Positions 59,298-64,000 of a stretch of DNA of 64,000 nucleotides are shown piece after piece. The notes under the pieces were generated by a model. The model had not been told where the DNA came from. It searched no databases and worked only from the letters and a program-made list of their open reading frames with translations. The first letter of the stretch is position 1; each line of letters starts with the position of its first letter. The position numbers and the translations under genes were made by a program. The stretch covers positions 3,200,001 to 3,264,000 of the forward strand of contig OZ253442.1 of the NCBI GenBank assembly GCA_965261085.1. Reading direction: 5' to 3'. The stretch is from a bacterium. Lineage in GTDB: Bacteria; UBA8248.

Positions 59298-60173
59298 TCA
59301 GGCGTTGATGGAACTCAGCAGCGCATGCACCGCCGCGTTCAGGGGAGTGGGAATTCTGCGCCTGGCGCCGATTCGAACGACCGCCCCCGTCATGACGTCC
59401 GCCTCTATCCGGCGCCCGGCGCGCCTGTCGGCGAGCATGGAGGTGGTCGCCTCGGGGTCCGCATCCTTTAGGCGTTCGATGGATCGCTCGGCGACGTCAT
59501 CCGCCAGTTTCGCGCCCTCCGCCCTGCCCACTGCGGCGCATTCACGCACGAGCCCGCGGCAAAGCTCGGCGACATCGGGCTCGCGCAGCACGCCCCTGCC
59601 CTTATTCGTCAGCGCAGTTGCGGGGCCTGCGCCGATGTTGTTACACAATTTGGCCCAGGAGGCGGTCGTGAAATCGGAAGTCGGCTTCACCTGAATGTCC
59701 GTGCCCTCATACAGGGAAGCGAGGAGCCGCGCGCCCCGGCCCTCTTCGGGAACGAGCTGGGCGCCTCCCTGCTGCGCCACATGGCCGGGAGCCAGCCTGT
59801 CCGCCGGACAATTCACCACGACCGGAACGATTTCCGCCCCTTTGGCGTACGGCTCCACCCGCTGTTTGTGCTCCACGCCATTTTGCAAAACGGCGATGAT
59901 CGTACCCTCACCCACGAGAGCATCCAGCCAATGAGCGACATCTTGTATCTGGTGCCCCTTCACCGCCAGGAGAACGCAGTCGACGGGTCTTGCTTCGGAG
60001 GGAGCGGTAACGCATTTCACCTGTGATTCGATAACGGAATCGCGTGTTTCCACCACGAGTTTGTCGATGGGCTTTCGCACACACAGCGTAACATCGTGCC
60101 TGCTCGATCGACATAACCGAACCCCGAACACGCTTCCAATGGCCCCGACTCCCAACACGGCTACCTTGCTCAT
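59298..60173 (-). CDS. panE: 2-dehydropantoate 2-reductase
   Basis: GVGAIG, LAVK, LQNG, WAKL..N, TSMLAD, E...GAVV, PTPLN. Confidence 0.9.
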   Translation of the reverse strand: MSKVAVLGVGAIGSVFGVRLCRSSRHDVTLCVRKPIDKLVVETRDSVIESQVKCVTAPSEARPVDCVLLAVKGHQIQDVAHWLDALVGEGTIIAVLQNGVEHKQRVEPYAKGAEIVPVVVNCPADRLAPGHVAQQGGAQLVPEEGRGARLLASLYEGTDIQVKPTSDFTTASWAKLCNNIGAGPATALTNKGRGVLREPDVAELCRGLVRECAAVGRAEGAKLADDVAERSIERLKDADPEATTSMLADRRAGRRIEADVMTGAVVRIGARRRIPTPLNAAVHALLSSINA

Positions 60174-60192
60174 CTATCAAGCTCCAGAAAAT

Positions 60193-61119
60193 TCATACCA
60201 AACCCCGGTGGCCCTTCCATGACGCCACGGCCCCAAAAACGCATACAACACCGGCCAGAGAATCCCAGCCCGAGGTATGTCCTATCTTATCCAACGCGCG
60301 CAAAGCAGAACTCAAACGCGTCTCATCCGCCATCCCTATCGCCGAGATCGATTCATGCAATGCTTGCGCTCCTTGCCCTCTGGCTGCGCACTCTAAATGC
60401 GCGCAACTGATTTTATTCGTCCGATATTTGGCTTGTGTCAATATGGCGCCCGATATTCTTTCTGAAATTTCAAAATACCCCAGTACGCGCAACGCTATCA
60501 TCGCACCGCACCAAAAATCATCCCCGGATGGCGTGAGCCCCGGACCCAGGCCAACCAGTTGGTGAGCGATGGCAGAAAATTCCAGGTTTCCCCCTTTATT
60601 CAGAGAGTGCGACAACCAATTCCCGAAGTCCGAGACTCCCTGCCAGGAGACTGTTTGAAATGCACCCGCATTTGAGATTTCCTCGCCGCTCGCAATGTAC
60701 GAAATGAGTGGGGCAAAACCCTCACGAGGGCCAGTTTCGGCTATCCACTCAACAAGAAACGGGAGATTTTGCAGAAAAGACCCCAAATCCCAGCCAACCG
60801 GGAGTGGCTCCGGTTCCCATACTTTGGGAAGGGAAGTATCAATTTTCATGTTGGAACTTAGATGAATAGAACCATTTTGAATTCTGGCAGGACTTCCGGA
60901 GTCCACCATTTCTGTGAAATCCACATCGTTCGAGAATTTACAAAGCGCATTCAGGGGTCCTGGCCCAATGCCCCATTCCCCGATGCACGTGAGTTGCCCA
61001 GATGTATTTTCCACATAAAAACTTCTGTGAAACACACCGATGATTTTCGCTTCGCCCGGTGAGCCTAGAAATTCTTTAGCAAATTCACCTGCAAGAACCA
61101 CCCGGAATGTATTCGACAT
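60193..61119 (-). CDS. DUF2877-family protein
   Basis: GLGPGLTPSGDD and IGHTSGWD motifs. Confidence 0.8.
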   Translation of the reverse strand: MSNTFRVVLAGEFAKEFLGSPGEAKIIGVFHRSFYVENTSGQLTCIGEWGIGPGPLNALCKFSNDVDFTEMVDSGSPARIQNGSIHLSSNMKIDTSLPKVWEPEPLPVGWDLGSFLQNLPFLVEWIAETGPREGFAPLISYIASGEEISNAGAFQTVSWQGVSDFGNWLSHSLNKGGNLEFSAIAHQLVGLGPGLTPSGDDFWCGAMIALRVLGYFEISERISGAILTQAKYRTNKISCAHLECAARGQGAQALHESISAIGMADETRLSSALRALDKIGHTSGWDSLAGVVCVFGAVASWKGHRGLV

Positions 61120-61159
61120 AAAACAGACCTGTATCATGAAACGATGGTTTCATCCAATA

Positions 61160-61200
61160 AAGAAAACCCCCCACCCACACAAGGGCGAGGGGATTCTCTT
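61160..61200 (-). terminator. probable intrinsic terminator
   Basis: Imperfect hairpin AGAATCCCC...GGGGTTTTCT followed by a T-rich run, just after the 61212 stop. Confidence 0.5.
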
Positions 61201-61211
61201 TTCAATAATGT

Positions 61212-61547
61212 CTATCCACAACCAGGTCCTCTAATCTCGCTCGCCGCAACACCAGATGGAACGAGTGTTTCGGCAAAATTCGGGTCCACCTGTTGTTTTT
61301 CGACCAATTCGGCAATCTGCGACAGCAACACCTCACGTTTCATCAACCCCAAACGATATATACCCATTGGGTTGATAAGTTTCATATAATAGTGGTTTCC
61401 AGCGTCATGCTCTGTAGAGCACGCAGAGGGTTTTTGGGCGATGGAGAGAGGGCCGCTAAAAACATCCGCAAATTGAGCCAGAACTTCCTCACCATGCAAA
61501 TCCGCAGGTATTTCGGGAAATCTGACTACGAGCTCTTGGATGGTCAT
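61212..61547 (-). CDS. hypothetical protein with C-terminal GPGCG
   Basis: 111-aa ORF with a strong AAGGAG RBS and a downstream terminator. Confidence 0.7.
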   Translation of the reverse strand: MTIQELVVRFPEIPADLHGEEVLAQFADVFSGPLSIAQKPSACSTEHDAGNHYYMKLINPMGIYRLGLMKREVLLSQIAELVEKQQVDPNFAETLVPSGVAASEIRGPGCG

Positions 61548-61682
61548 CGTTATAACTCCTTAGCGGGGTGGATCGTTTCGAACGGAACAACTCGCTGAGT
61601 TTAGCAGATGTTGAACCGCTTGGCTCCCCATTTCCTCTTCCTGCGACACTAAAACGAGCGAATCTCAAGAAAAGCGTAAGGA

Positions 61683-63656
61683 TTACATTTCTCTGATAAA
61701 CCGCGCAGCGTAGCTTCTAATATCTTTTCCGTTTAGAACATGAAAACGACGGATACGAGCGATGGTTTCTCCAGAAAATCGACCAATCGGAATGTGAATC
61801 AAATGTTTTTTGTACAACCGCGCTATCTGGCGCCAGCGTATATTGGGTGGTTGGGAACTCACTAGGGCGATGAATCGCTCTTTCGAGTGAAAACATGCCC
61901 CTGCGATCAGCCGCTCTTCTAGCGTCTGCGTGTAGTGAAAGTGCGAATCCCGCCAGACATCCTCGATATATCGGGGAGGAAAAACAAAAAATGCTCCCCC
62001 ATACTGAGATTCCGCGACCCCCGGCCCCACCAAATTACTCTCAAATGGGGTCGCATACATGCAAAGAGTTGATTCTTCATCATGTTCCGCATACCACATC
62101 GTACGCCAGGAATATTTTTCGGCATCTGCGGGCGTATCGAACAAAAAGACGACGACCTCCAGGTTTCCTCGCGCAGGGGGAATTTCTTTCACGTACAGGT
62201 CACCGGTGTGCCAGTTGCGGAGCGTTTCCCGGATATCGAGACCATCTTTTATCGATGTCGTGAACTTTTCGGTGCGGGCCAAATCTTCTCCCAATAGCGC
62301 CTTAGCCTGTTCACGCACATGGGTATGAAAACTCTCTATGGCTTCATCTTCCGGTGGCCAGGAACACATGCCAAAAGGATTCCACCTCTGCGCCCATTCC
62401 TGTTTTTCAATCGGAGTGGGATTCGGTTTCAGAGAAATACTCTTCCAAGTGACGGCCGAACCACCCAAGCGGCTCTTAATCGTCCCGATATCTCCATCAG
62501 GGAACGCCGCACGATTCACACCTACGTGGACAAGATCACTTTCATTTGATGAGGAAATTTCGCTTTGATACGGGTATTCCCTTGCAGTCGCCAACAATGA
62601 CAAGGCGAAAGCATCGCCGGCGGTCTGCTTGGCGGCAAGGGTAAGGGTAAATAAATCCGGTGTTAATCTTCTTCCCTGAAGCGTCAAATTCCGGGCGTAT
62701 TGCAAGAATATCTGGAGCCTTTGCGGTGTCACCCAGTTTTGCACGGGTCGATGTTCTTGTAACCATGCCGTTCTCGCCTCCAAGAGGAGTTCCTTTACGC
62801 CATCAATAGACAGGTTGGAATCGCCCACAAATTCTTCGCGTTTTTTTTCGTATAAATACGTCAGATAGGGAAACTCCCCCAGGAGGAAAGCCAAGGTATC
62901 TTCCGATACCCCATATCTTCGGGGCGGGTTGAGTGGCGCGCCTGAGTGGGATTCAAATAATTTTTTGTCTTTAGATGGCCCCTCTCGACAAGCCGAGCGA
63001 ATCCAGGGCCAATCCATCGCAGAGCACACGAAAACGATGCGCTTGTACCTCTCTTCGAGTTCCAGTAAGGCATCCGCCATCCAGCGAATTCTCGCATTGC
63101 GCTGTGACGAAGGAGAAGGTTTAGGAGCTATTGTCAAAAGAGATGCCGCAAAGGCCTCCATCGGTACTTTTTTGAGTGCATATGGATCCGGCAGGGTATG
63201 AACATCCTGATGAAAACACTCCACTTCCAAATCTATAAAAGCTCTGGAAATACGCTCTCCCATGGCCACTCTGAGAGCGGAAATCACGGGCTGGCAAGGG
63301 TCAATGGGCACATAGTTATAAGAAGATAAATTTATTTGATCCGCCAACAATTCATCTTTAGCGCCCGAATCATCTTCTGGCTGTTGATTCTGCTCCCATG
63401 GCTCATCAAACACTGTTTCATCATCTCTGAAATATGATGGGGCATCTTCATTCACCGACACCATGGAGACATACGGGAGTTCATCCACACCTGCTTCTAC
63501 TTCATTTTGAAAAGACGGGGGCAAAGGAACCGCAACACAATCAGGTTCAAGTCGCAAAATCCTGTCTCGTACCTCTACAGCAAAATCTCCCGCTCCATGG
63601 ATGATGGGAAGTGCGCTGATCCGATCCGTGATCGCCAGAAAATCTTGCGCGCTCAT
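61683..63656 (-). CDS. conserved hypothetical protein encoded beside a MoxR-like ATPase
   Basis: 657-aa ORF starting just downstream of the AAA gene stop; motifs PIDPCQP, CSWPPED, DGLDIRETLRNWH. Confidence 0.8.
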   Translation of the reverse strand: MSAQDFLAITDRISALPIIHGAGDFAVEVRDRILRLEPDCVAVPLPPSFQNEVEAGVDELPYVSMVSVNEDAPSYFRDDETVFDEPWEQNQQPEDDSGAKDELLADQINLSSYNYVPIDPCQPVISALRVAMGERISRAFIDLEVECFHQDVHTLPDPYALKKVPMEAFAASLLTIAPKPSPSSQRNARIRWMADALLELEERYKRIVFVCSAMDWPWIRSACREGPSKDKKLFESHSGAPLNPPRRYGVSEDTLAFLLGEFPYLTYLYEKKREEFVGDSNLSIDGVKELLLEARTAWLQEHRPVQNWVTPQRLQIFLQYARNLTLQGRRLTPDLFTLTLAAKQTAGDAFALSLLATAREYPYQSEISSSNESDLVHVGVNRAAFPDGDIGTIKSRLGGSAVTWKSISLKPNPTPIEKQEWAQRWNPFGMCSWPPEDEAIESFHTHVREQAKALLGEDLARTEKFTTSIKDGLDIRETLRNWHTGDLYVKEIPPARGNLEVVVFLFDTPADAEKYSWRTMWYAEHDEESTLCMYATPFESNLVGPGVAESQYGGAFFVFPPRYIEDVWRDSHFHYTQTLEERLIAGACFHSKERFIALVSSQPPNIRWRQIARLYKKHLIHIPIGRFSGETIARIRRFHVLNGKDIRSYAARFIREM

Positions 63657-63659
63657 AAA

Positions 63660-64000
63660 TCAATCATCTCGCTCGGGGTGCAACGGACTATCTCCGCCAA
63701 AGAAAAGATCGCCAAAATCAAGCGGTGGAGGCTCATCGCCGAGGGCTTGCCGTCTTCTGCCCGCAAGACCTTCCAAGTCCAACGCATCATCTCCTAAAAC
63801 CTTGGAGAGCGCCTCTCTCCACGCATCGTCTTGAGAGAGTGGGTGCTCCGGGTTCTGCGCAAGACGTTTAAGGGCGAATTGAAGGATGTGGATACCATCC
63901 CGAGGGGAATATCCAAGGTCCAATTCATGGGCTTCCTGTAAGAACTCAACCGTCAAGGCCAACATCTCGTTGGGAGCAAACGGCAAGTGGTACTTGAGAA
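63660..64000 (-). CDS. C-terminal part of a probable MoxR-like AAA+ ATPase (runs off the window)
   Basis: Frame open from the edge: LKYHLPFAP...FLQEAH...YSPRDGIHI (lid-like S.R motif); only the tail is visible. Confidence 0.55.
   Translation of the reverse strand, partial: LKYHLPFAPNEMLALTVEFLQEAHELDLGYSPRDGIHILQFALKRLAQNPEHPLSQDDAWREALSKVLGDDALDLEGLAGRRRQALGDEPPPLDFGDLFFGGDSPLHPERDD

Overview
A mostly GC-rich bacterial window with a lower-GC block from about 60.2 kb to the end. It looks like a marine host-associated heterotroph, possibly a sponge symbiont; this is inferred from the SRCR/FN3/cadherin/Calx-beta adhesin, the transporter load and the gene decay. Most of the window is ABC transport clusters (peptide/Ni, ribose-type, branched-chain amino acid, two sulfonate/nitrate-type) next to amidohydrolase-type enzymes, several with altered catalytic motifs. 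It also holds pyc, msrA, panE, an NsrR-truncated haemoglobin-DUF1971 module and many gene and IS remnants (tnpB, IS256-like, IS1-like, relaxase, SNF2, RTX). I found no rRNA, tRNA or CRISPR array. Two signals stand out. (1) A selenoprotein that the ORF track splits in two (2876-3433, minus strand): an in-frame TGA gives a U-G-S-C motif followed by a SECIS-like hairpin, upstream of a partner gene and a binding protein ending in CxxC. (2) A ~1690-aa autotransporter-like adhesin with a eukaryote-like SRCR domain, next to a barrel-less second copy. The second copy shares a ~685-bp promoter/leader/signal-peptide block and a 104-bp downstream block with the full gene, but carries a different passenger domain between them, knocked out of frame by an 8-bp tandem duplication. 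That layout fits a passenger-swapping (antigenic-variation-like) cassette system, though duplication followed by decay is not excluded. All family calls are by motif recognition; no database searches were run.
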